Under the pieces are notes generated by a model. That model was not told where the DNA came from. It saw nothing but the letters and a program-made list of their open reading frames with translations, and did not search any database. Both the position numbers and the translations under genes were made by a program. 38,213 nucleotides of DNA from an uncultured Flavobacteriales bacterium. GTDB taxonomy: Bacteria > Bacteroidota > Bacteroidia > Flavobacteriales > UBA7430. The stretch lies in assembly GCA_963933205.1 (NCBI GenBank), contig CAWVTK010000002.1, positions 1-38,213 on the forward strand. The letters run 5' to 3'. The stretch's first letter is position 1. Each line of letters opens with the position of its first letter. Positions 27,368 to 35,781 of this stretch are shown one piece after another.

Positions 27368-28735
27368 ATGGAAAAACTATTTGAAGAATTTAGCCCTAAG
27401 ACACTGCTCCAGTGGAATGAACAAATCATTTCTGAACTTAAAGGAAAAAACTACACTGATTTAAGCTGGGAAAGTCCAGAAAAAATAGAAATTTTACCAG
27501 TGTACACCGAGGAGTCCGTTTACAAATTTAATGGAGATACAACACATCAACATTCCGACTGGGAGATAGAGCAAAGTCTTAACAAACCTACAAACAAAAC
27601 AGTATTGACTAGTTTAAATAGTGGTGCTACTGCCCTATTGCTATGTAATATTAAAAGTTCTGATTTACCTGTTGTATTAAAAGATGTACTCATTCAACAC
27701 ATACAAACTTCGTTTAAAACTTCGGACATCGAGAATACTTTCGATTCTTTCCTTGCACTTGTAGAGAAGAGAGGGCTAGATAAAAGCAAAATAAAAGGGA
27801 GTTTACATAACGACCCATTGATGCACTTTTTAAAACAAGGTCGTGTAGACGAAAATCTATGGTATATATTTAATACAATACAAGATAAAGCTAAAGAATT
27901 ATCGTCTTTTAAGACCTTAAGTATTCAAGGTCACGAATACCACAATGCAGGTGCAAACTCAAGTCAGGAACTCGCTTTTACTCTAGCGCAACTAAGCGAG
28001 TACTTTGCGCACAATAAAGAATTAAAATCGAATGCAGTACAAATCAGTTTAGGTGTTTCGACAAACTATTTCTTTGAAATCGCTAAATTTCGAGCAATGC
28101 GAATTTTATGGACACAAATAGTAAAGGCATACAAAAAAGAGAACTGCGAATTAGAACTTAGAGCAGAAACCGGCTTAAGAACAAACACTCTGTTTGATTC
28201 GCACGTAAACATGCTACGAACAACCAGTCAGTGTATGTCTGCCGCACTTGGAGGAGCAAATACTCTAAATGTAACTAGTTTTAATGCTGCTTACAAAAAA
28301 GATGATGAATTTGCCCAAAGAATGGCAAGAAATACCTCATTAATTCTAAAGGAAGAAGCTTATTTTAACAAGGTTAGCGACCCATCATCGGGCTCCTACT
28401 ACATAGAACAACTCACCAATAAGATGAGTGAGAATGCCTGGTTGCTATTTCAAAAAATTGAAGCTCAAGGTGGCTGGTTAGCATCCATTAAATCAAATTT
28501 TATTCAAGATATGATTGCCACAAACGCATTGCAGCAAGAACAGAATTTGAATGATGGAAACCTAAGCCTAGTGGGAACAAATTTGCATCCGAATTTAGAG
28601 GAGAAAATGGCTTCAAAAATAGAAATGACGATTAAAGAAGACTTTAGTGAAGGAAATGATTTTAAGATCTTAAATACGAAACGACTGTCTGAGCATATGG
28701 ATCAAGAACGATTAAAAAAAGAACAAAATGCTTAG
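27368..28735 (+). CDS. mutA: methylmalonyl-CoA mutase small (beta, MutA-like) subunit, short form lacking a B12-binding-like domain
   Basis: About 455 aa from the ATG at 27368. MCM TIM-barrel-like region ([27 protein letters not shown]). No DxHxxG motif. Overlaps mutB by 8 nt. Confidence 0.8.
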   Translation: MEKLFEEFSPKTLLQWNEQIISELKGKNYTDLSWESPEKIEILPVYTEESVYKFNGDTTHQHSDWEIEQSLNKPTNKTVLTSLNSGATALLLCNIKSSDLPVVLKDVLIQHIQTSFKTSDIENTFDSFLALVEKRGLDKSKIKGSLHNDPLMHFLKQGRVDENLWYIFNTIQDKAKELSSFKTLSIQGHEYHNAGANSSQELAFTLAQLSEYFAHNKELKSNAVQISLGVSTNYFFEIAKFRAMRILWTQIVKAYKKENCELELRAETGLRTNTLFDSHVNMLRTTSQCMSAALGGANTLNVTSFNAAYKKDDEFAQRMARNTSLILKEEAYFNKVSDPSSGSYYIEQLTNKMSENAWLLFQKIEAQGGWLASIKSNFIQDMIATNALQQEQNLNDGNLSLVGTNLHPNLEEKMASKIEMTIKEDFSEGNDFKILNTKRLSEHMDQERLKKEQNA

Positions 28736-30857
28736 ACCTGATTTTTCGAACATAAAACTCAACTTAGCACGAGAGGAACTTAAAAAACCAGTAAAAACCT
28801 GGCTCAGTCCAGAACAAATTGAGTTGAAAGATAAATACCAAGCCTCGGATATAAAAGACACAGAGCATCTAAAATTTATTTCTGGTATTGCTCCAAACCT
28901 CAGAGGCCCCTACTCAACGATGTATGTTAGGCGCCCTTGGACCGTACGTCAATATGCAGGTTTTTCTACCGCCGAAGATTCGAATGCTTTCTATAGAAGA
29001 AACTTAGCTGCTGGACAAAAAGGACTTTCTGTTGCCTTTGACCTAGCAACGCATAGAGGATACGACTCTGATCATGAACGCGTAGTTGGCGATGTTGGAA
29101 AAGCAGGAGTAGCTATAGACTCTGTGGAAGACATGAAGATTCTTTTCGACAAGATACCTTTAGACCAAATGTCTGTTTCGATGACCATGAACGGAGCAGT
29201 GCTTCCAATAATGGCTTTTTATATTGTTGCGGCACAAGAGCAAGGTGTGAATTTAAACTTATTGAGTGGAACCATTCAAAATGATATTTTGAAAGAGTTT
29301 ATGGTACGTAATACGTACATATACCCGCCCAAACAATCGATGAGAATTATAGCAGATATTTTTGAGTATACCGCTCTAAACATGCCAAAATTTAACTCGA
29401 TAAGTATTTCTGGTTACCATATGCAAGAAGCTGGAGCAACCCCAGATATAGAATTGGCCTATACACTTGCCGATGGCCTAGAGTATATTCGTACAGGACT
29501 CGAGGCTGGTATGGACATAGACAGCTTTGCTCCACGCCTATCCTTCTTTTGGGGTATAGGAATGAATCACTTTATGGAGATTGCTAAAATGCGCGCAGCG
29601 CGAATGCTTTGGGCAAAGTTAGTGCAGGAATTTAAGCCTAAAAACCCTAAATCATTAGCGTTACGAACCCATTGTCAAACATCGGGATGGAGCTTAACCG
29701 AACAAGATCCTTACAATAATGTTGCACGTACTTGTATCGAAGCGATGGCTGCAGCCTTTGGCGGAACTCAATCTTTGCACACCAACGCCTTAGACGAAGC
29801 TATAGCGCTTCCAACAGATTTTTCTGCTCGTATTGCTAGAAACACACAAATATACCTTCAAAAAGAAACCGAAATTACTCGAGTGGTAGATCCATGGGGA
29901 GGCTCTCATTACGTAGAGAAGCTTACCGAAGAAATTACTCAGAAAGCTTGGAAACTAATTCAAGAAGTGGAGCAACTCGGAGGAATGGCAAAAGCCATAG
30001 AAACAGGGATTCCTAAGATGCGTATTGAAGAAGCAGCAGCACGAAAACAAGCGCGTATAGACAGTGGTAAAGACCAAATAATAGGTGTAAACTCCTATCG
30101 TCTAGAAAAAGAAGAAGCCATCGAAACGCTAGAGGTTGATAATACGTTGGTTCGAGACTCACAAATTAAGCGTTTAGAGAAGATGCGCGCTAATAGGGAT
30201 GAACAAAAAGTACAAACAGCATTAAAGGATCTTAGCGAATCTTGTCGATCGGGAAAAGGTAATTTATTATCTTTAGCCATTGATGCTGCAAGACTTAGAG
30301 CTTCATTAGGTGAAATATCTGATGCTTGCGAAATCGTGTTTGGAAGGTACCAAGCAAAAATACGTTCAATAGCTGGAGTATATTCTATGGAAATAGCAAA
30401 CAATAAAGATTTTAAAAGAGCACAAGAACTGGCAGATAAATTTGCACAAATAGAAGGACGAAGACCGCGTATTATGGTTGCCAAAATGGGACAAGATGGG
30501 CACGACAGAGGTGCAAAAGTTGTTTCTACCTCCTTTGCAGATTTAGGTTTTGATGTGGATATAGGCCCCTTATTTCAAACACCTAAAGAAGCGGCAAAAC
30601 AAGCAGTAGAAAACGATGTTCATATTCTTGGAATTTCTTCCTTAGCCGCAGGCCATAAAACTCTAGTTCCCTATGTTATTGCAGAATTAAAAGCACTTGG
30701 AAGAGAAGATATTATGGTGGTAGCTGGAGGCGTTATTCCGGCTCAAGACTACGACTATTTGTTTGATGCAGGTGTAGCTGGTGTTTTTGGGCCAGGTACA
30801 GTTATCGCAGAAGCGGCGGCTCAAATTTTAGAAATAATGATTAAAAACTGCAAGTAA
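28728..30857 (+). CDS. mutB: methylmalonyl-CoA mutase large (alpha) subunit
   Basis: 709 aa. [37 protein letters not shown] and [15 protein letters not shown]-terminal B12-binding domain with [11 protein letters not shown] (DxHxxG) and GISSLAAGH. Confidence 0.95.
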   Translation: MLRPDFSNIKLNLAREELKKPVKTWLSPEQIELKDKYQASDIKDTEHLKFISGIAPNLRGPYSTMYVRRPWTVRQYAGFSTAEDSNAFYRRNLAAGQKGLSVAFDLATHRGYDSDHERVVGDVGKAGVAIDSVEDMKILFDKIPLDQMSVSMTMNGAVLPIMAFYIVAAQEQGVNLNLLSGTIQNDILKEFMVRNTYIYPPKQSMRIIADIFEYTALNMPKFNSISISGYHMQEAGATPDIELAYTLADGLEYIRTGLEAGMDIDSFAPRLSFFWGIGMNHFMEIAKMRAARMLWAKLVQEFKPKNPKSLALRTHCQTSGWSLTEQDPYNNVARTCIEAMAAAFGGTQSLHTNALDEAIALPTDFSARIARNTQIYLQKETEITRVVDPWGGSHYVEKLTEEITQKAWKLIQEVEQLGGMAKAIETGIPKMRIEEAAARKQARIDSGKDQIIGVNSYRLEKEEAIETLEVDNTLVRDSQIKRLEKMRANRDEQKVQTALKDLSESCRSGKGNLLSLAIDAARLRASLGEISDACEIVFGRYQAKIRSIAGVYSMEIANNKDFKRAQELADKFAQIEGRRPRIMVAKMGQDGHDRGAKVVSTSFADLGFDVDIGPLFQTPKEAAKQAVENDVHILGISSLAAGHKTLVPYVIAELKALGREDIMVVAGGVIPAQDYDYLFDAGVAGVFGPGTVIAEAAAQILEIMIKNCK

Positions 30858-30860
30858 ATC

Positions 30861-31481
30861 ATGAAACAACTTATTTTCTTTTTCCTACTTCTCTCCTTCA
30901 CAATATCTCGAGCACAATCAACTCGAAACGATAGTTATGCTGCCATGGGAATTATTACGAGTTTTAAAGACATTCCTTTTGGCTTTAATGTATATACTTT
31001 ACAAAGGTCGGAAGTGTTTGGCTTTTATACTCATCTAAAATGGAACAGGCTTTCTTTTGACAGTGCTTACCAGTATTTAGGCAACCCTGCTCGGAGAGAC
31101 GAGCTCAGAACAGATAGAATAGAAGAGGGCGGCAATAACATTGTTAAGATGATTACTATTGGTACAGTATTTAATCCGCAGCAACTGGGCGTTTTACAAT
31201 GGGACTTTATAGACTTTGACTTTTGCTTTGGTTTAGGTTACATTCAAGATTTTAGGTACCAATTTTACAATGATATCAATGGCATTGAAGAAAACGAAGA
31301 GGAAAATATAGACTATGCAAAACCTCTAGGTAAATATTATGTAAACGACTACAATTTAAACGGAGTAAACCTTAACGTTGGTACAAACATATCTATAGAA
31401 AATTACCGTGTTATGATACATGTTGGTTACGATTTTAAACCTAAAACATTTGCTTTAGGGTTAAATTGGAAAGTTAAATAA
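30861..31481 (+). CDS. hypothetical secreted, beta-rich protein (possible small outer-membrane protein)
   Basis: 206 aa. Signal peptide MKQLIFFFLLLSFTISRAQ. Aromatic/Gly-rich alternating segments. The ATG lies 3 nt after the mutB stop. No recognisable family motif. Confidence 0.6.
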   Translation: MKQLIFFFLLLSFTISRAQSTRNDSYAAMGIITSFKDIPFGFNVYTLQRSEVFGFYTHLKWNRLSFDSAYQYLGNPARRDELRTDRIEEGGNNIVKMITIGTVFNPQQLGVLQWDFIDFDFCFGLGYIQDFRYQFYNDINGIEENEEENIDYAKPLGKYYVNDYNLNGVNLNVGTNISIENYRVMIHVGYDFKPKTFALGLNWKVK

Positions 31482-31552
31482 TTGTATAAATAACAGCCTA
31501 ATAAAATTCTTAAAAGAGAAATTACACTTATACTTTACACTTAAATTTTGAG

Positions 31553-31560
31553 TATATTTG
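31553..31560 (+). promoter_or_regulatory. candidate -7 box (TATATTTG)
   Basis: TAnnTTTG match 21 nt upstream of the M43 protease ATG. Preceded by the direct repeat TTACACTTA x2 (31522..31530 and 31535..31543). Confidence 0.45.
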
Positions 31561-31580
31561 ACTGAATAAACCTATGTGTC

Positions 31581-33983
31581 ATGAAAAAACTATTAATTAC
31601 CCCCCTAATTATTTTATCCCTATTTGAGTCTATAGCTCAAATACATCCTTGTAATTTTAACACGTATATGAATGCAAGGTATAAAGAAGATCCTTCTTTA
31701 TTGGAAATGAGGAAAGCATATGAAATAGAAATTCAACAAATTATAAACTCAAAATCTAGTTTTGCTCAAAAAACCATTCCCGTAGTCATACATATCATCT
31801 ACAACGACTCTTATTCAAACATTTCCACCACTCAAGTAAATAGTGCGTTAACAGCTATTAACGAAGATTTTAATGCCTCAAATTCAGATTTCAACTCAGT
31901 AGTCCCTGCTTTTAGCGGCATTAAGTCCAATTTAAACATCAAATTTGAATTGGCAAATTTAGATCCAGATGGAAATACAACTACCGGAATTACCAGAACT
32001 GAATCTGATTTTACAGACAATGCTGGCGAAAATGTAAAAGGCTTAGTCATTTGGGATCCAAATATGTATCTTAATATTTGGGTAGTAGACAACATCGAAA
32101 GTGGTGCTGGTGCTTACGCCTATTACCCAGGAACTGCACCTAGCGGAAACGAAGGAATTGTAACTAGACACAGTCAATTTGGAACCACAGGAACCTCTAG
32201 CTCCTCTAATTTCGCAGCTACAACCCTTACCCATGAGGTGGGGCATTATTTAAACTTATCGCATACTTGGGGCGACTCTAACGATGCAGAACTAGAGGAT
32301 AACTGTAATTATGACGACAATGTTGACGATACTCCTAATACAATTGGAACACTATACGGCTGTAACACAAATCAATCTACTTGTGGATCATTAGATAATG
32401 TTCAAAACTTTATGGATTACACCGACTGCACAAATATGTTTAGTAACGGACAAAGAGCTCGGGCACATGCAGCTTTACATTCGGCTCAAGGTGGAAGAGT
32501 AAATTTATGGCAACAAGAAAACTTAATTGCAACAGGAATTCTAGAAAACACTTCGTGTACTACGGAGCTAATAACAGTTCAAATTCATACAGGAACCTAC
32601 GCAAATGAGGTTTCGTGGATTGTATTAGACGGTGGTGGAGAAGGTATTGCTGGAGGTGGCGGAACCTACACTAATGATTCTGATTATTATACCTCGGTTT
32701 GTTTGGCTCAAGGAAGTTATACCTTCCAATCTTTAGACTCTTATGGAGACGGATGGAATGGCGGATATTACAATGTTAGAAATTGTGATAATGTAATCAT
32801 TGCAAACAACAGTAACCCATCAGGCTACGGAACTACAGAAAGCTTTGTTGTTGCCGAATGCGGTTCAATTCCAGGATGCACCAACCCAATTGCCAACAAC
32901 TACAGCCAACTGGCCAATGAAGACGATGGCTCATGTATTATTTTAGGTTGCTTGGATTTTGCAGCTTCAAACTACAACCCAGAAGCAAATCAAGATAATG
33001 AAACATGTATTTACATCGGATGTACAGATGCTACTGCACTTAATTTCGATCCACAAGCAAATTCTAACGATGGCTCTTGTGAGTTTGTGGAGGTTCCCGA
33101 TGTATTTAATTTCACACTAACAGGTGCTAATCATACCCTTGTTATACCAGACGATATTGTTTTCAATTTAGTTGATGCACCTATTTCAAATTCCGATATT
33201 ATAGGCGTGTTTTACAACGATGAAAATGGCCTTGAGAAATGCGCAGGCTACATTGTTTGGCAAGGAGTGGTTCAGTCTATTGCAGTTCAGGGAGATGATA
33301 CTACTACAGATGAAATTGATGGATACCAGGAGGGGCAATCTTTCGTGCTAAAAGTTTGGGATCAATCAGAAGATCTTTACTACTACTGCGAAGTTCATTA
33401 TTTACAATCCATGCCAAACCAGGGCGAATATACAACCAATGGTATTTCTGCTATTACAGATGGAGTTGTTATACTACCTGTTACCAGTCAGTTAATTAAC
33501 TTCCCTCTAGGTTGGGGTATTATTTCCTGCTATTTGGTTTTAGACGATATGGACATTGCAAACGTTTTAAACCCAATAAATGAATCTATTGTAATTGCGA
33601 AAGATTTTCAAGGCGCTGCTTATTTAGCAGAATGGGGCTTTAATGGAATCGGTTCAATGATTTATGGAAGTGCTTATCAAGTTAAAACATCGCAAGAAGA
33701 AAACTTGGAAGTTTACGGAGTTTACAATGAGCCCGAAGAAGCTCAAATAATACTTCCCTTAGGTTGGAGTCTTTTTGGTTACTTACGAACACAAGCGGCA
33801 AGTTGTAGCGCTGTATTTGAAAGTATAACGGATATCGAAATTATTAAAAACGCATCTGGAAATGCTTATTTACCTGTATGGGACTTTAACGGAATTGGTG
33901 ATTTAACTCCAGGATGGGGGTATCAAATCAAAATGAATAACCAACAAACACTCCAGTACAATGCCAATACAAATGACTACTAA
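31581..33983 (+). CDS. secreted multidomain zinc metalloprotease, M43 (pappalysin/ulilysin-like) catalytic domain
   Basis: 800 aa. Signal peptide MKKLLITPLIILSLFESIAQ. Extended zinc motif HEVGHYLNLSHTWGD (HExxHxxGxxH) and NFMDYT (Met-turn region). Followed by a Cys-bounded GDGWNG module, three Cys-bracketed 23-aa repeats and about 300 aa of further domains, including a tandem duplication. Confidence 0.8.
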   Translation: MKKLLITPLIILSLFESIAQIHPCNFNTYMNARYKEDPSLLEMRKAYEIEIQQIINSKSSFAQKTIPVVIHIIYNDSYSNISTTQVNSALTAINEDFNASNSDFNSVVPAFSGIKSNLNIKFELANLDPDGNTTTGITRTESDFTDNAGENVKGLVIWDPNMYLNIWVVDNIESGAGAYAYYPGTAPSGNEGIVTRHSQFGTTGTSSSSNFAATTLTHEVGHYLNLSHTWGDSNDAELEDNCNYDDNVDDTPNTIGTLYGCNTNQSTCGSLDNVQNFMDYTDCTNMFSNGQRARAHAALHSAQGGRVNLWQQENLIATGILENTSCTTELITVQIHTGTYANEVSWIVLDGGGEGIAGGGGTYTNDSDYYTSVCLAQGSYTFQSLDSYGDGWNGGYYNVRNCDNVIIANNSNPSGYGTTESFVVAECGSIPGCTNPIANNYSQLANEDDGSCIILGCLDFAASNYNPEANQDNETCIYIGCTDATALNFDPQANSNDGSCEFVEVPDVFNFTLTGANHTLVIPDDIVFNLVDAPISNSDIIGVFYNDENGLEKCAGYIVWQGVVQSIAVQGDDTTTDEIDGYQEGQSFVLKVWDQSEDLYYYCEVHYLQSMPNQGEYTTNGISAITDGVVILPVTSQLINFPLGWGIISCYLVLDDMDIANVLNPINESIVIAKDFQGAAYLAEWGFNGIGSMIYGSAYQVKTSQEENLEVYGVYNEPEEAQIILPLGWSLFGYLRTQAASCSAVFESITDIEIIKNASGNAYLPVWDFNGIGDLTPGWGYQIKMNNQQTLQYNANTNDY
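32874..33080 (+). repeat. three tandem in-frame ~23-codon repeats (Cys-bracketed motif) inside the M43 protease gene
   Basis: GCTNPIANNYSQLANEDDGSCII / GCLDFAASNYNPEANQDNETCIY / GCTDATALNFDPQANSNDGSCEF. Protein-level repeat, diverged at the nucleotide level. Confidence 0.85.
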
Positions 33984-34012
33984 AAGAATAGGAGTACAAA
34001 GCATCATAAAAC

Positions 34013-34042
34013 AAAAAAAAGCACCTTTCGGTGCTTTTTTTT
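34013..34042. terminator. bidirectional rho-independent terminator between convergent genes
   Basis: A8-GCACC-TTTC-GGTGC-T8, located between the protease stop (33983) and the lipoprotein stop (34067). Confidence 0.85.
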
Positions 34043-34066
34043 GTTGGTAAACTAAGTTCGTGAAAA

Positions 34067-34609
34067 TTAACTCTGTATTAAAATAATTTTAGCGGGTATA
34101 GGAAAAATAGTTCCGCTTACATCAAAATTGTAGTCAAACAATAAATCCATGGAAGTAGCAGTCAAATTGTCAACGGTAAGCACGTATACTTCAGATCCGT
34201 TTTCGATGGTTAGTACATTGCCTTCAATAGTCCAGTTGCCAGAAAGATCGAGCACAGATTCTTCGCCGTTTTCACACAAAATTATATTGTCCTCCATGGT
34301 AACAAAATTATTCTGGTCAAACATAAACAGATTATCGAGTGTACAAGCCGGAATAAGATCTGTGAGCTCTAAAAGGTCTAATTCGGTTCCAGAAAAAACA
34401 GCCGTTGCAGAAGCAATTTGCCATGGATTGTTTACTAAAACATCAGATGCATTGTAAATACATGGAGCAGCTGTTTCTGCATCAGCATTATAATTAGAGG
34501 CTAAGTCATCCATACAGCCAGCTATAGAATTTTCTTCTATAGTATCTTCATCACAGCTGTAAAAAGCGAAAGGAAAAATTAAAATCCAAATAATTTTTTT
34601 AAAATTCAT
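34067..34609 (-). CDS. lipoprotein, lipocalin-like C-terminal domain, N-terminal Cys-bracketed motif
   Basis: 180 aa. Lipoprotein signal MNFKKIIWILIFPFAFYSC. GCMDDLASNYNADAETAAPC resembles the protease repeats. The pattern LSGNWTIEGNVLTIENGSEVYVLTVDNLTATSMDLLF resembles Bacteroidota lipocalin-like domains. Lies 23 nt downstream of anmK on the same strand. Confidence 0.65.
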   Translation of the reverse strand: MNFKKIIWILIFPFAFYSCDEDTIEENSIAGCMDDLASNYNADAETAAPCIYNASDVLVNNPWQIASATAVFSGTELDLLELTDLIPACTLDNLFMFDQNNFVTMEDNIILCENGEESVLDLSGNWTIEGNVLTIENGSEVYVLTVDNLTATSMDLLFDYNFDVSGTIFPIPAKIILIQS

Positions 34610-34632
34610 AGGTTCTATTTTTTTTTTGCAAT

Positions 34633-35697
34633 TTACAATTCTTTAGTATATAATTTACCGGAACAATGATCTTTAACAGAACCCGTTACTGAGCACAGAA
34701 CATTTGTTTGATCCAACAGCTTCATTAAGCCTAAAAATGCAAATGCCATAGCCTCCTTGCTATCTATAATGTTTGGTTTAATCTTTAAAGAAACCGAAGA
34801 AGACAAACTTCGAATTCGCTCCAATAAAAAGTCGTTATATACCCCTCCACCAGTTACCAAAACAGAATGGATTTTATAGTGAGAAAAAACAAAAACCATT
34901 TGTTGAGCTGCATGCTCCGTAAAAGTTCTTAACACATCAATAATCGAAACATTTGAATTCGTAATCAAAGGAAGAACAAACTGTTTAACCCATTCCCAAC
35001 CTAGCGATTTAGGACAGCTCTTTTTGTAGTAACTCAGTTCGTTTAATTGATTTAGTAACTGATGATTAATTGTTCCAGATCGAGCTAAGCGTCCTTCATT
35101 GTCATAGTCTAGTTCCACTTTATTTGCCCATAAGTTTAAAACAATGTTTACAGGGCATATATCAAAAGCCACTCTTCTACCCTCTAAATCGAAGGAAATA
35201 TTAGAAAAACCTCCTAAATTTAAACAGGCATGAAACTCCTCAAACAAAGTTTTATCTACAAAAGGTACTAATGGAGCACCTTGTCCACCTAATTCTACAT
35301 CTTGAGTTCTAAAATCAAAAGCAACAGGTTTAAAAAGTGAATTGTACAAAGGTTTAGGACTCCCAATTTGTAAAGTAATGCCCTTATCGGGCTGATGAAA
35401 TACCGTATGTCCATGCGAAGCAACCAAATCTATATTAAGAATAGATTTTTCCTTAATAAAAACAGCCACTTCACTGGCCATAAATGAGCCAAATTCGTTT
35501 GATAAACTTGAAAGTAAACGAGGACTTAAGCTTGAGGATTCTCTGAGTTTATCTCGAAAATCCGCAGAATAATTCACGGTTTTAAAAGCGTGAATTTTAT
35601 AGCACCATTTCGTACTGTAGTTAAAACTACAGTAAGCTATGTCTAAACCATCTAAAGAGGTTCCAGACATTAAACCTATAACAAAATATTCTTTCAA
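34633..35697 (-). CDS. anmK: anhydro-N-acetylmuramic acid kinase
   Basis: 354 aa. N-terminal GLMSGTSLDGLD motif and an ASKHA-fold layout. The only start that preserves the conserved N-terminus is TTG at 35697, because an in-frame TAA lies 5 codons upstream with no ATG between. Confidence 0.9.
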   Translation of the reverse strand: MKEYFVIGLMSGTSLDGLDIAYCSFNYSTKWCYKIHAFKTVNYSADFRDKLRESSSLSPRLLSSLSNEFGSFMASEVAVFIKEKSILNIDLVASHGHTVFHQPDKGITLQIGSPKPLYNSLFKPVAFDFRTQDVELGGQGAPLVPFVDKTLFEEFHACLNLGGFSNISFDLEGRRVAFDICPVNIVLNLWANKVELDYDNEGRLARSGTINHQLLNQLNELSYYKKSCPKSLGWEWVKQFVLPLITNSNVSIIDVLRTFTEHAAQQMVFVFSHYKIHSVLVTGGGVYNDFLLERIRSLSSSVSLKIKPNIIDSKEAMAFAFLGLMKLLDQTNVLCSVTGSVKDHCSGKLYTKEL

Positions 35698-35737
35698 GCT
35701 ATAAAAATGTTAGATGGCTAAATTGCTCAAAATAATG

Positions 35738-35745
35738 TACTTTTG
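35738..35745 (+). promoter_or_regulatory. candidate -7 box (TACTTTTG)
   Basis: TAnnTTTG match 37 nt upstream of the acyl-CoA dehydrogenase ATG at 35782. Confidence 0.45.
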
Positions 35746-35781
35746 AAGATATTTAAGAAAAAACTATTTAAAAAACTTAGA

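Noticed and set aside
32874-33080. Regularly spaced repeats that might suggest a CRISPR-like or satellite array.
   Set aside because: The period is 69-72 nt and lies in frame inside a long ORF. The repeats are conserved at the protein level rather than the nucleotide level, and there are no spacers or cas genes. It is a protein-domain repeat.
34618-34627. T10 homopolymer (A10 on the coding strand) between anmK and the lipoprotein start, as a possible phase-variation tract.
   Set aside because: It is intergenic within a probable operon, so length changes would not shift a reading frame. A-rich tracts upstream of start codons are normal for Bacteroidota translation initiation.
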